From positions 2,916-66,915 of the forward strand of contig CAYUEL010000002.1 of NCBI GenBank assembly GCA_964443025.1: a stretch of 64,000 bases of DNA, given 5' to 3'. The translations under genes were made by a program, and so were the position numbers. The stretch comes from an uncultured Gammaproteobacteria bacterium. Lineage in GTDB: Bacteria > Pseudomonadota > Gammaproteobacteria > JABCZS01. The notes under the pieces were generated by a model. The model had not been told where the DNA came from, did not search any database, and saw only the letters and a list, made by a program, of their open reading frames with translations. Every line of letters starts with the position of its first letter. Within the stretch, counting starts at the first letter, position 1. Below, in pieces: positions 30,401-39,807 of this stretch.

Positions 30401-33400
30401 AGAAACCGTATCAAAATCAGTCTTATTCAAAGACAACTGCGCAGACGGCTGAGGCTCGATTTGTTTTTGCGAAATCCAATATTTGTTCTTTGCAAAACAA
30501 TAAGTGGGCAAGCGGAATTTTTTAAAAGAGATCCCGGTGTCAAGGTGGCTTAATGACGCCTGCATGTTTATCTGTGAGCTCTCTTCGGGGGTATTCTCAA
30601 GAAATAATTGAATTCTATTAATTAACTCAGGTTTATCACTTGCCGTAAAAACAATTTTGTATTTCATCAAATCTCTACAGAACCTTAATGTGAGGGCAAT
30701 ATGTGGCAAATGTTCTTGCGCAATCTGCTCCTGGCTTTTGATGAATTTCAAAAATCTTTTCACATTTTTAATTAGCGAAGGAACGCTTTGTGCAGAAAAT
30801 AAAAATTCGATAGGTTTTTGAATCGATATTGAAGGTAACCCTTTTCTTTTCTCGGAATACTCTTCGATTACAATATGTGCGTTGGTACCGCTATAACCAA
30901 AAGCAGATAGTGCCGCTTTCCGGAGCCCTGAATGCGTAATCCAACTTTGATGCTGAGTACTTACATAAAATGGGCTATTTTTAAAATCAATATGTTCGTT
31001 TGCAGTTTGATAATTTATACTGGGCACCAATTCTTTATGCTGTAAACAAAGTAAAATTTTAACCAATGACGTTAAACCGGCTGCTGCCGAAGTGTGACCC
31101 ACATTGGTTTTTACTGAACCAATCGCACAACTGCTATCTTTCACACCTTCTTTTTGATAAACAGTAGTCAACGCTTCGAGTTCGATCGGATCTCCTAGTT
31201 TGGTGCCAGTTCCATGCGCTTCAATATAGGAAATCGAGTGAGGATCAATTTCATTTTTTTTATATACACTTTGGATTAATTCTATTTGCGATTGTGTGCT
31301 GGGCGCAGTAATCCCATTGGTTTTTCCATCTTGATTAATGCCAGAACCAGTAATTACACCATAAATGTGATCATGATCATGAATCGCATCGTCTAGTCGT
31401 TTTAAGACCACGGCAACTACGGCTTCACCGGGAACAAATCCATTTGCACGTCGATCAAACGTAAAGCATTGTCCGTCTTCTGAAAGCATACCCGCATCGC
31501 ACATTCTAAAATAATTACTCTCACCCAAATAAAGAGTTACACCTCCTGCAAGCGCCATATCAATTTCATTCAAACGAAGTGCTTGGCAAGCAAGATGAGT
31601 TGCGACTGCAGAAGAAGAGCATGCCGTATCCACTGCAATCGCCGGCCCTTTAAGATTAAGTAAATAAGCCATACGCGCAGCTAAAATAGCATTTGAGTTT
31701 CCCGTGGCCGTCTGCGCTAAGCCTGAATGTTCTTTGCTGGATAAAACGTTTTGCCAATAATCATTTTGCATGACCCCAATATAGGAACCGCATTGAATTT
31801 GACTCAGTTTTTCAGGGGTATAATTGGCATCTTCAAAAGCTTTCCAGGCTTCTTGTAAAAATAATCTTTGCTGGGGATCCATGCACTCTGCTTCTGCCGG
31901 GGAAAGATTAAAAAATAATGGATCAAATTCGTCAATATGAGATAACTCACCTATCCATTTGCAATATACCTTGTTTTTATTCTTTTTGTTTGCATCGTAA
32001 AATTGATTCACATCCCATCGAATATTTGAAACTTCAGTAATGCTGTTGACGCCATTTTTTAAATTATCCCAAAATTCATCAATCGATTCAGCGCCCGGGA
32101 ATCTTCCAGAAACACCAATAATAGCGATTTTATTGTGATTATTATGCGAGACTTCTGATTCCTGCTTAACGTCAGACACATGATTGATTTTATTTTTCGT
32201 TTCATTCAATAAAAATTGCGCAAGTTTTTCAATGGTTGGGTAATCATAAATTCGCGTTGCAGGAAAATGGATCCCAAAATTCGACTTAATTCGCTTTGAA
32301 AACTCGATGCCTACAATAGAATCCAAGCCAAGATTAATTAATTCCAGCTTTTCATCAATCTCTTCTTCATTAATAAAAAGCGATTTTGCAAGCTCAGTCT
32401 TTAGAAAGCATTTGATCGCTGCATAGGTTTGACTTTGATCAAAGAATTGATTTTGTTCCATCATAAGAGAATAATCAGTCGCTTGTGATTTTTTGCTTTC
32501 CAGAGGGGGGGCAATCTGCTCATTGTCTATTTTGATTTCAGAGAAAGTTGTACACTTTTGATGAGCACTCACTAAATTCTCAGAGAAATTTTCAGGATTA
32601 ATTAAAGATATTTTTTCCACAACAGCTCTCTTTTCATGTTTTGTACTCAACTCAATTAAATTTTTCTTAAATGGATACCCGGGCAGCGAAACGCTTTTCC
32701 CCGGTTTTTCTTCAAACAACGATCTCCAATCTACAACGCTACCATTCAACCATGCTGTTGACAATGGTGATAATTCCGTATGAGTCGTATAATCAACTTC
32801 CCCAGAAACATATTTTTTGAGCTTAGTTTCTAAGCTTTTTGCATTATTTGCATAGACTACTGCTCTATATTTTTGCGGAACACGGCAACAACACAATGTA
32901 TAGGCAATATCACGCATAGATAGGTGAATGTGATTGATGCGCATGAACTCCAGATGGGTTAACAGTGCTTGGGCATAATTTTTAAGTCCCTCCTCATAAC
33001 CGCATGAAAATATACATGGAAATTCTCTGCCATCATCTAAAACGTGATCATCTTTACTGCGGTATTCTTCCACAATCACATGGGCATTGACACCACCTGC
33101 ACCAAACGAGCTCACGCCAGCAATTCTTCGATTGTTTTTCACTATCCACGAGTCAAGGTGATGTTGCAAATAAAAAGGAGATTCCGCAAAATTAATGTTA
33201 GGATTAACGATTGCTGAATGAATCGAAGGAAATTTCTTTTTGAATTTTATTTGCAATAATATTTTTATTAATCCTGCAATCCCCGCAGCCGCCTCTAAAT
33301 GCCCAATGTTTGATTTAATGGAACCAATAGCACAATAGTTTTTTTGCTGAGTTGATTCTTGAAACGCTTGAGTCAGTGCTGTAATTTCAATCGGATCGCC

Positions 33401-36400
33401 CAAAAAGGTTCCAGTACCATGTGCCTCAATATAACTTATGGCATCCGCACTAATTTGTGCTTCTCCGATCGCTTTGGCTACTAAATCTCTTTGCGCATTA
33501 GGATTCGGTACCGTGTAGCCACTGGTTCTACCTCCATGGTTTACCGCACTGCTTTTGATGATGCCATAGATATGGTTACCATCTCGAATCGCAGCGCTAA
33601 GTGGTTTTAGTACTGCTATGCCCACGCCCTCTCCAGGAACAAAGCCATCAGCATTTCCACCAAAACTTCTGTTTTCAGCGGTGGTAGATAACATCCCCAT
33701 TTGACATAAATATTGATAATTAGAAGGATGTAAATAGAGATTTACACCTCCAGCCAAAGCTATTTCACAATCTCCCCTTAAAATGTTCTGACAGGCTTCA
33801 TGCACGGCAACTAAAGAGGATGAACACATAGTATCTATGGCTAAACTGGGCCCTTTCAAATTGAAAAAAAACGAAACACGATTTGCAACGGAACTAAATG
33901 AAGTTCTTGGATAAAAACCATCTGTTTCATTTTTAAGAAATTCAAATCCATTTTTTGTGATTCCAGCAAAAACGCCGACGTTTGTTCCACTTATTTTTTT
34001 TACATCGATTCCAGCATCTTCTAAAGCGTGCCATGCAGTCTCTAAAAACAAGCGTTCGTGTGGGTCAATTTGTAGCGCTTCCTTTGGAGAAATATTAAAA
34101 AATAAACTATCAAATTTATTAAAATTATCAATAAATCCGCCCCATTTTGAATAAATTTTATTTTGATTAATCGCCTCTTCTTTGTTAGGGGTAAAATGTT
34201 CATTAAAATTCCAACGTTCAAGCGGTATTTCCGTAATGCAGTCTTTTCCGTTCATAAGATTAACGCAAAACTCATCAATACTATTTGCCCCTGGGAATCG
34301 ACCCGCGATTCCCACAATGGCAATTTCAGTTGACCTAGGGTCTGAGCGTTCGGATTCTGTATCCTGAACTTGATCTGGGTGTTGATTATAGTTGTTAAAC
34401 AAATAATCCGCTAATTCGCGAATGGTTTTACACTCATACAATACCGTTTTAGAAAGATTGGGATAGATTTTTTCAAGTTCTCGATTAATGTTAATGACCA
34501 TAATCGAATCCATGCCAAATTCTGAGAACTCAATATCGCTGTGAATGTCCGATAGATTTACTTTAGAATATTTTGAGAATAATGATTGAATCTGATCTTC
34601 GATTTCAGAAAGGTTCTGTTTTTTATTCCTTGAATGTAGATGGCTTTGTACAGGCTGGGCCATTTCACATTGAAGACTTTCGTTTAACTTTTGACTAAAA
34701 ATGGATTGATTTCCGAATGCAACAATAACCTCATCATCTTCTATGCCAAGAGCTCCGTAAAGTGACTCCATGCCTTTTGAAAATTCTAGCGGCAGCATGC
34801 CTAAATTTTCTTTAAAATGCATTTCAACTTCAGGCGTGACGTTCATGCCTCCACTTTCCCACAAAGGCCAACTAATCGATGAAGTACGTCCAAAACGTTG
34901 ATTTTTTTTCACCTGTTCATTTCGATAATGTGCATATTGATTCATGAATGCATTGGCTGCTGCGTAATCAGACTGACCAGCATTCCCCATGCAACCCACA
35001 AAAGATGAAAAAAGGATTATAAAATCAAGCGGAAGATCTTTTGTAGCTTTATCAAGATAATAAAGACCCAACACTTTTGGATTTAGAACTTGAGGGAATT
35101 CATCACTGCTTTTATTATAAATATAATTATCTTTAATCATGCCTGCGCAGTGAATAATGCCAGATAATCCGTGATGCCTTGAAACAATATCAACAATCAT
35201 TTGGTTGATCGCAAATTGATCACTTATATCTAGTGAATAATAATTAATTTTGCAATTGTTCTTTTCAAGGGATTGTATTTTTTTCTGAATGTTTTCATTG
35301 AGAGCAGTTCGACCGCAAATAATTATTTTTCCATTTTGAATACAATTTGTTATCTCTGTTGCCAACGCGTAACCAAGGGCACCGAATCCCCCTGTAATCA
35401 AATAAACACCCTGATTTTTCCAAGGCATTTTTTTAAGCAAAGGCTTTTCCTTCCAGTGCGTAATGTATCTTTTTTCGGAGGAATACATAATTTCCACGTC
35501 CCTCATCAAGGCAGACTGGTCAAGTCGATGGCGCAATTCTTCAAGCTTCGTTTTACGGTCAAGACCTATGATTTGTACCTTAATGGCTGGAAACTCAATA
35601 TGAAGCGCTTTTAAGAACGCAGAAAACCCAATATAAACTTGATATTCATTAAAAAATGGAAAGACCACTTGGATGAGGATTGGACTGACTCTTCCTGACG
35701 ATTTGCTGATTTTTGATTTTAATCGATTAAAAATAGCAATGAGATGGTTTTGGTAGTTTAGTGCAATATTGTCTTCAGTAGTTCTTAACACAACACATTC
35801 AGCTGTTTTTATTTTAGATTGAAGATATGCTTGTACAGTTTCATAGGTCTCATCAAGTATTTGATTGGCTTCTATAATAAAAATCATTTTGGAATCAAAG
35901 TGAACTTTGTCATTAACAACTGGTTCAGTTTTCACCTCTACATGTGATTTTATATAAATTCTTAGTTCACTTTTTTCATTTAAACTTTGATTAAACCAAT
36001 ATTTGTCTGTCAAAAACGCATACCCTGGCAAACTAATCAGCTTGCCTTGCTGTCCATTGTAGAATTGCCTCCATTCAATTGACCCCCCTTTCATCCATGA
36101 TTCAATCGTTTCTTTAAAAGAAGAATTAATTGTGCCTAAGAGCTTCTGATCACTCAACATAGCTTCTTGCAATAAATGTTTTAACTCTTTTAAATCATTG
36201 GCAACAATGCAGAGCCGTTTTGGCATCGCTTCACGACCGATTTGCAAAGTATAAGTGATATCTTCTAGTTGAATGGTCTGGTTTTCTTTTGACAGCAGCT
36301 GAGATACAAATTGATAAAACTGATGAACGATGTTTCCAAGACTTTGATTATTTTTTGCAGACAAAATAAAAATATTTGAAACATGAGGAATAAATAATGA

Positions 36401-39400
36401 TTCATGCTGTGTCTGATGTTCTTCTAAAATAACATGTGCACCTACACCACCAAATCCAAAAGAACTGACACCGGCACGCCTTGGATATTGAACAGACCAT
36501 TTTTCATTATCTTGAACAAGGTGCATGTGTGTTGTTGATAAATCAATATATCGGTTGATTTGCGTTAAATTAGGATTACCGGGGATAGTGTGATGTTTAA
36601 AACTTAAAATAACCTTTAAAACACCCGCAAGTCCTGCTGCAGCTTCTAAATGTCCTAAATTTGCTTTTACGGTTCCGATCGCACATTTACTTTGTGCGTA
36701 ATTGTGTTTCAATCCTTCAATTTCAATAGGATCACCTAATGCAGTTCCTGTTCCATGCGCTTCAATGTAACTCACGGAGGTTGCATCAATATTTGAGCGT
36801 CGCAAAGCACTTGCAATAATATGAGCTTGCGAGGTTGCGCTTGGAGCGGTTAATGAATGACCGTGTCCGGTATGTCCCACAGCAGAGCCTTTAATTACAC
36901 CATATATTTGATTTTTTTCTTGAATTGCTTTATGCAGCGGTTTTAATAAAAGTGTAACAATTCCTTCTCCTCTCACATAACCATTGGCATGTTCATCAAA
37001 TGTGTAACAACGCGCATCAGGGCTTAACATCCCTGATTGCTGAAATGCATAAGACGTTCGGGGAGATAAGATCAGGTTGACCCCTCCAACTAAAGCCATT
37101 TCACATTCACCTTGATTTAAAGATAAAAGCGCTCGATGTAATGCAACTAAAGAGCTCGAGCATGCGGTATCAATAACTTCACTTGGCCCTTGTAGATTAA
37201 AGAAAAATGATATTTTATTGGCCAGCATAGAATGTGCTAAGCCCGTGGAAGTATAGGCTTCTCTTAATACACCTTCTTCTGCCAGAAGCTCCTGGTAATC
37301 ACTATGCATTGCACCGATGAAAACACCAACTGATCGATTTGATGCTTGATGAAGAGCAACTCCAGCTTCCTCAAAAGTATGCCAGGCGACTTGTAATAAC
37401 TTTCTTTGCTGTGGATCCATTAACTCTGCTTCTAAAGGGGAAATATTAAAAAATTTCGCATCAAACTCTTCTACACCTTCGATAAACCCAGCTTTTTGTA
37501 ACACTGGATCGAGTGCTAAAAATTGAGTGTGGCCCGGTCTTTCTTCTGAAATCTGCCGAATAGAAATCTTCTGGTTGCACAGATTCTCCCAAAATTGACT
37601 GAATGTCTCTGCATCTGGCAGCAATGCGCCAATTCCGATGATCGCAACCTCTGTTGAATGGTTATTAAGAGATGAATGAAGTAAGCGAGGCTTTTCTTGC
37701 GCCGAAAGTCGAGCAATAATATCTTCAATATTCTGCCTTTCAAAAAAAAGAACCGGGGTAGTATTTAGCTGAAATTTTTCATTAAGTTGATGGGACAATT
37801 CGCGATATTCAAGCGATGAAAACCCCATGTCAGATAAATATTCTTTCCGATCTATTTCGCTGGAAGGCACACCAAGGATATTGGCAATTATTTCAATCAC
37901 GTGCTTTGCAAAAGACTCTGCAGTGACTTCAGGTTTTTTTAAATGGGATTCCTGCTGATTCGCTTGCGAAACCCAATAGCGCGTATGACTGAACTGATAA
38001 GTCGGCAATTTGCATTTATTGATGGGTTGGTTTTTATATAATGATTCCCAATAAATCTCTTGACCTTGAACCCATAATTTTGCAATTTCACCTAGTTGTC
38101 TTTTTTGAATAAACTTATATATTTCAGTGGAGTCAGTTGTTTTGGTCGTGGCACTATTGATATAATAATCATACTTCTTAATTTCATTTCTCAATGTTTG
38201 ATCGATTTTGTGTTTTAATTCTTTAGCCGATCCGGCAAGATAAGCCACTCTTTCTTGCATTTCTTCACGGGTGGTTTGTAAACTATAAGCGATGCTTTCT
38301 AGGCAAGCAGCGTTAGCATCCTGTTTAACATCAAGAAAATGACTGAATGCTTTTAGGTAACGATTTAAATCTTCTTTACTTTTTGCAGAAAAAATAAATA
38401 ACTCTACTTTTTCTTTCCTTGAAGCGTTGTTTTTTTTCGGCGAATTTTTAAATTTTTCTAAAATTATATGAGCATTCACGCCACCCAATCCAAATGAACT
38501 CACGCCCGCTCTAAGCGGAGCTCTGCGGCTACTTGCATGCCAAGGTGTCCATTGATTGACAATATAAAATGGTGTGTCGGTCAGATCAATTTGTTGATTC
38601 AATTGCTTATGATTTGAAGTCATCGGCAATTCTTGATATTTAAAGGCCGCCAATATTTTTAAAATTCCCGCTAATCCCGAAGCAGATTCAAGATGACCTA
38701 GCTGTGACTTAATCGAACCCAAGCCACATTTCATTGTTTTAAAATGATTACCCGTTAATCGTTTAAATGCTTGAATCAGTGCTTGAGTTTCAATCGGATC
38801 CCCTACTCGAGTTCCACTGCCATGTGTTTCGATGTAACTCAGCGATTCTGCTTGAATACCACTACGTTGATAGACCTGTTCGATTAATCGTGCTTCTCCA
38901 TCTACGCTCGGCGTCGTTAATGAGTGTGTTTTACCGCCATGATTGTGTCCTGCGCCTTTGATTACGCCATAAATAAAATCTTTATCATGAATCGCATGTT
39001 TTAATGGTTTTAGAATCAGTAACCCGCCCCCTTCACTTCGCACATAGCCATTGGCTTCCTGATCGAAACTTTTGCACTGAGCATCTTTTGACAACATGCC
39101 TGCTGAATAATAAGCCAAACTTTGTTGCATAGAGCAAATAAGATTGATTCCACCGGCAATAGCAAGCGTGCAATGTCCTGCTTGAAGAGCTTGTACCGCT
39201 TGGCAAATCGCGACCAACGCAGAAGAAGACGCTGTATCGATCGATAAACTTGGGCCTACTAAATTAAAATAATGGGAAATTCGGTTTGAGGCTAAAAATA
39301 ACCCTTGGGTTTGTGCAAGATAACTGAGATCTAGGTTATTCTCCTGGGTAAACAACTGATGATAGCCAGATTGGCCGAGCCCAATATAAACCCCTGTGTT

Positions 39401-39799
39401 CGAATTTTTGAGTCTAGAAGGTTTATAGCCTGCATCTTCAAAACATTCCCAAGCCAGCTCCAGCAAAATCCGCTGCTGCGGGTCCATCATCTTGGCTTCT
39501 CTTGGGGAAATATCAAAAAAATACTCAGCAAATTGATCAATATCATTCAAGAAACCACCTTGATCAATACCTGGATATTGGTGTTGAATATCAAGCCCCT
39601 CAGGCCATTGCCACCGCTCTTTGGGCAGGGGTTGTATGGTCTGCTTATTTTCCTTTAATAGCGACCAGAGGCTTCCAAGCGTATGACAATTACCGGGCAA
39701 GCGAAACGAAGTGCCGATAATCGCGACATCGTTTTTTCTTATAAAATATTCTTTAATACTTCTCACAACTACGCCACCCCAACCTTCCGGATACGACAA
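27467..39799 (-). CDS. Trans-AT PKS megasynthase 1 (4110 aa): KS(Cys->Ser)-ACP | KS-KR-ACP | KS-ACP | KS-KR-ACP | KS
   Basis: The first KS reads DTASSSALV, with codon TCT at 39227-39229 where Cys is expected. It is followed by four canonical KS domains (DTACSSSL, DTMCSSSL, DTACSSSA, DTACSSSL), all with HGTGT. KR motifs are YLITGGFGALG and FLITGGLGGLG. ACP serines are DMGFSS, GMDS, GLDS and GIDS. The gene ends with a KS whose module continues in the next protein as a split module. The apparent start is TTG at 39797-39799, 8 nt after the map stop. Confidence 0.9.
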   Translation of the reverse strand: MSYPEGWGGVVVRSIKEYFIRKNDVAIIGTSFRLPGNCHTLGSLWSLLKENKQTIQPLPKERWQWPEGLDIQHQYPGIDQGGFLNDIDQFAEYFFDISPREAKMMDPQQRILLELAWECFEDAGYKPSRLKNSNTGVYIGLGQSGYHQLFTQENNLDLSYLAQTQGLFLASNRISHYFNLVGPSLSIDTASSSALVAICQAVQALQAGHCTLAIAGGINLICSMQQSLAYYSAGMLSKDAQCKSFDQEANGYVRSEGGGLLILKPLKHAIHDKDFIYGVIKGAGHNHGGKTHSLTTPSVDGEARLIEQVYQRSGIQAESLSYIETHGSGTRVGDPIETQALIQAFKRLTGNHFKTMKCGLGSIKSQLGHLESASGLAGILKILAAFKYQELPMTSNHKQLNQQIDLTDTPFYIVNQWTPWHASSRRAPLRAGVSSFGLGGVNAHIILEKFKNSPKKNNASRKEKVELFIFSAKSKEDLNRYLKAFSHFLDVKQDANAACLESIAYSLQTTREEMQERVAYLAGSAKELKHKIDQTLRNEIKKYDYYINSATTKTTDSTEIYKFIQKRQLGEIAKLWVQGQEIYWESLYKNQPINKCKLPTYQFSHTRYWVSQANQQESHLKKPEVTAESFAKHVIEIIANILGVPSSEIDRKEYLSDMGFSSLEYRELSHQLNEKFQLNTTPVLFFERQNIEDIIARLSAQEKPRLLHSSLNNHSTEVAIIGIGALLPDAETFSQFWENLCNQKISIRQISEERPGHTQFLALDPVLQKAGFIEGVEEFDAKFFNISPLEAELMDPQQRKLLQVAWHTFEEAGVALHQASNRSVGVFIGAMHSDYQELLAEEGVLREAYTSTGLAHSMLANKISFFFNLQGPSEVIDTACSSSLVALHRALLSLNQGECEMALVGGVNLILSPRTSYAFQQSGMLSPDARCYTFDEHANGYVRGEGIVTLLLKPLHKAIQEKNQIYGVIKGSAVGHTGHGHSLTAPSATSQAHIIASALRRSNIDATSVSYIEAHGTGTALGDPIEIEGLKHNYAQSKCAIGTVKANLGHLEAAAGLAGVLKVILSFKHHTIPGNPNLTQINRYIDLSTTHMHLVQDNEKWSVQYPRRAGVSSFGFGGVGAHVILEEHQTQHESLFIPHVSNIFILSAKNNQSLGNIVHQFYQFVSQLLSKENQTIQLEDITYTLQIGREAMPKRLCIVANDLKELKHLLQEAMLSDQKLLGTINSSFKETIESWMKGGSIEWRQFYNGQQGKLISLPGYAFLTDKYWFNQSLNEKSELRIYIKSHVEVKTEPVVNDKVHFDSKMIFIIEANQILDETYETVQAYLQSKIKTAECVVLRTTEDNIALNYQNHLIAIFNRLKSKISKSSGRVSPILIQVVFPFFNEYQVYIGFSAFLKALHIEFPAIKVQIIGLDRKTKLEELRHRLDQSALMRDVEIMYSSEKRYITHWKEKPLLKKMPWKNQGVYLITGGFGALGYALATEITNCIQNGKIIICGRTALNENIQKKIQSLEKNNCKINYYSLDISDQFAINQMIVDIVSRHHGLSGIIHCAGMIKDNYIYNKSSDEFPQVLNPKVLGLYYLDKATKDLPLDFIILFSSFVGCMGNAGQSDYAAANAFMNQYAHYRNEQVKKNQRFGRTSSISWPLWESGGMNVTPEVEMHFKENLGMLPLEFSKGMESLYGALGIEDDEVIVAFGNQSIFSQKLNESLQCEMAQPVQSHLHSRNKKQNLSEIEDQIQSLFSKYSKVNLSDIHSDIEFSEFGMDSIMVININRELEKIYPNLSKTVLYECKTIRELADYLFNNYNQHPDQVQDTESERSDPRSTEIAIVGIAGRFPGANSIDEFCVNLMNGKDCITEIPLERWNFNEHFTPNKEEAINQNKIYSKWGGFIDNFNKFDSLFFNISPKEALQIDPHERLFLETAWHALEDAGIDVKKISGTNVGVFAGITKNGFEFLKNETDGFYPRTSFSSVANRVSFFFNLKGPSLAIDTMCSSSLVAVHEACQNILRGDCEIALAGGVNLYLHPSNYQYLCQMGMLSTTAENRSFGGNADGFVPGEGVGIAVLKPLSAAIRDGNHIYGIIKSSAVNHGGRTSGYTVPNPNAQRDLVAKAIGEAQISADAISYIEAHGTGTFLGDPIEITALTQAFQESTQQKNYCAIGSIKSNIGHLEAAAGIAGLIKILLQIKFKKKFPSIHSAIVNPNINFAESPFYLQHHLDSWIVKNNRRIAGVSSFGAGGVNAHVIVEEYRSKDDHVLDDGREFPCIFSCGYEEGLKNYAQALLTHLEFMRINHIHLSMRDIAYTLCCCRVPQKYRAVVYANNAKSLETKLKKYVSGEVDYTTHTELSPLSTAWLNGSVVDWRSLFEEKPGKSVSLPGYPFKKNLIELSTKHEKRAVVEKISLINPENFSENLVSAHQKCTTFSEIKIDNEQIAPPLESKKSQATDYSLMMEQNQFFDQSQTYAAIKCFLKTELAKSLFINEEEIDEKLELINLGLDSIVGIEFSKRIKSNFGIHFPATRIYDYPTIEKLAQFLLNETKNKINHVSDVKQESEVSHNNHNKIAIIGVSGRFPGAESIDEFWDNLKNGVNSITEVSNIRWDVNQFYDANKKNKNKVYCKWIGELSHIDEFDPLFFNLSPAEAECMDPQQRLFLQEAWKAFEDANYTPEKLSQIQCGSYIGVMQNDYWQNVLSSKEHSGLAQTATGNSNAILAARMAYLLNLKGPAIAVDTACSSSAVATHLACQALRLNEIDMALAGGVTLYLGESNYFRMCDAGMLSEDGQCFTFDRRANGFVPGEAVVAVVLKRLDDAIHDHDHIYGVITGSGINQDGKTNGITAPSTQSQIELIQSVYKKNEIDPHSISYIEAHGTGTKLGDPIELEALTTVYQKEGVKDSSCAIGSVKTNVGHTSAAAGLTSLVKILLCLQHKELVPSINYQTANEHIDFKNSPFYVSTQHQSWITHSGLRKAALSAFGYSGTNAHIVIEEYSEKRKGLPSISIQKPIEFLFSAQSVPSLIKNVKRFLKFIKSQEQIAQEHLPHIALTLRFCRDLMKYKIVFTASDKPELINRIQLFLENTPEESSQINMQASLSHLDTGISFKKFRLPTYCFAKNKYWISQKQIEPQPSAQLSLNKTDFDTVSLGVKFLDEQNEKNNESHYDVVLAMAKWEREIPSNSDLKNQQETSEYLFINFQQDSLAALVNQLQNSCKEFYFNINQAKAPIEIVTAIFNYLKEKLSQKTHQMVCAIVVPNQNIHLYAPLAGLIKSMQIENPKIKTKLIALDQAILTNPSIAAETLRNEMQQNSQHQFVRYDENHARWVQTLNRYASAHLRTDLFSNRVFLITGGLGGLGKKVAEYISQFKNTKIILCGRKAPAIDDQQWMSSLILHGAHVIYEKCDITRADEVQNLIDSIMKNHDSLSGIFHCAGVLKDSLLINKTVSEFEDVLSPKLLGLHWLDTYTKDIALNFVVLFSSVASIKGNIGQVDYAAANAYLDGYVEYRDHLVAKGKRSGRTIAINWPLWAEGGMTLEPHHEDWQLRRTGLSVLRSKLGLEILHGILTLNQSGQIMVAYGVMDKIAQYFNIAVDKQPSANQTSGLIVKNDQNKIRTEVLEIISHMLKIDASQLDFNDNFSEYGIDSILMMRLLNELEKKYQIIMDPNSIIMHPTINQLSEYLINSAGVEQTTENNFESITVKTSNHASQNKVAIIGYTGILPQSPTLEDFWVNLTTGRDLITNPPTDRWGKFSVEDKHITYGGYLNDISSFDAERFAIDDSNALILDPQQRVLLELADDLLKRAGYIDKIKDTNTVVYIGAKENNYVRNNYKEIPKNVIKNTIVSYIGNIIAARISNFYNLRGASKTIDTACSSSLVAMHDACQSILHGESELAIAGGIFLLIDPFAHIGFNNANVLSPDGKSYVFDKRANGFVLSEGAGLVLLKNYNAAIRDGDRIIATILASAINNDGKTMGLTVPNQEGQKEVIHRALSLANINPEQISYYEAHGTGTLLGDPIEVKAASDVYRNYTSKNQFCAIGSVKSNIGHTMMAAGVASIIKILLSMEHNMIPPTIHCESPHPRFNFDKSPFYPIVSTEEWKSRVNRTIAAVSSFGFGGTNSHMILEKMGD

Positions 39800-39807
39800 C
39801 TCATCTC

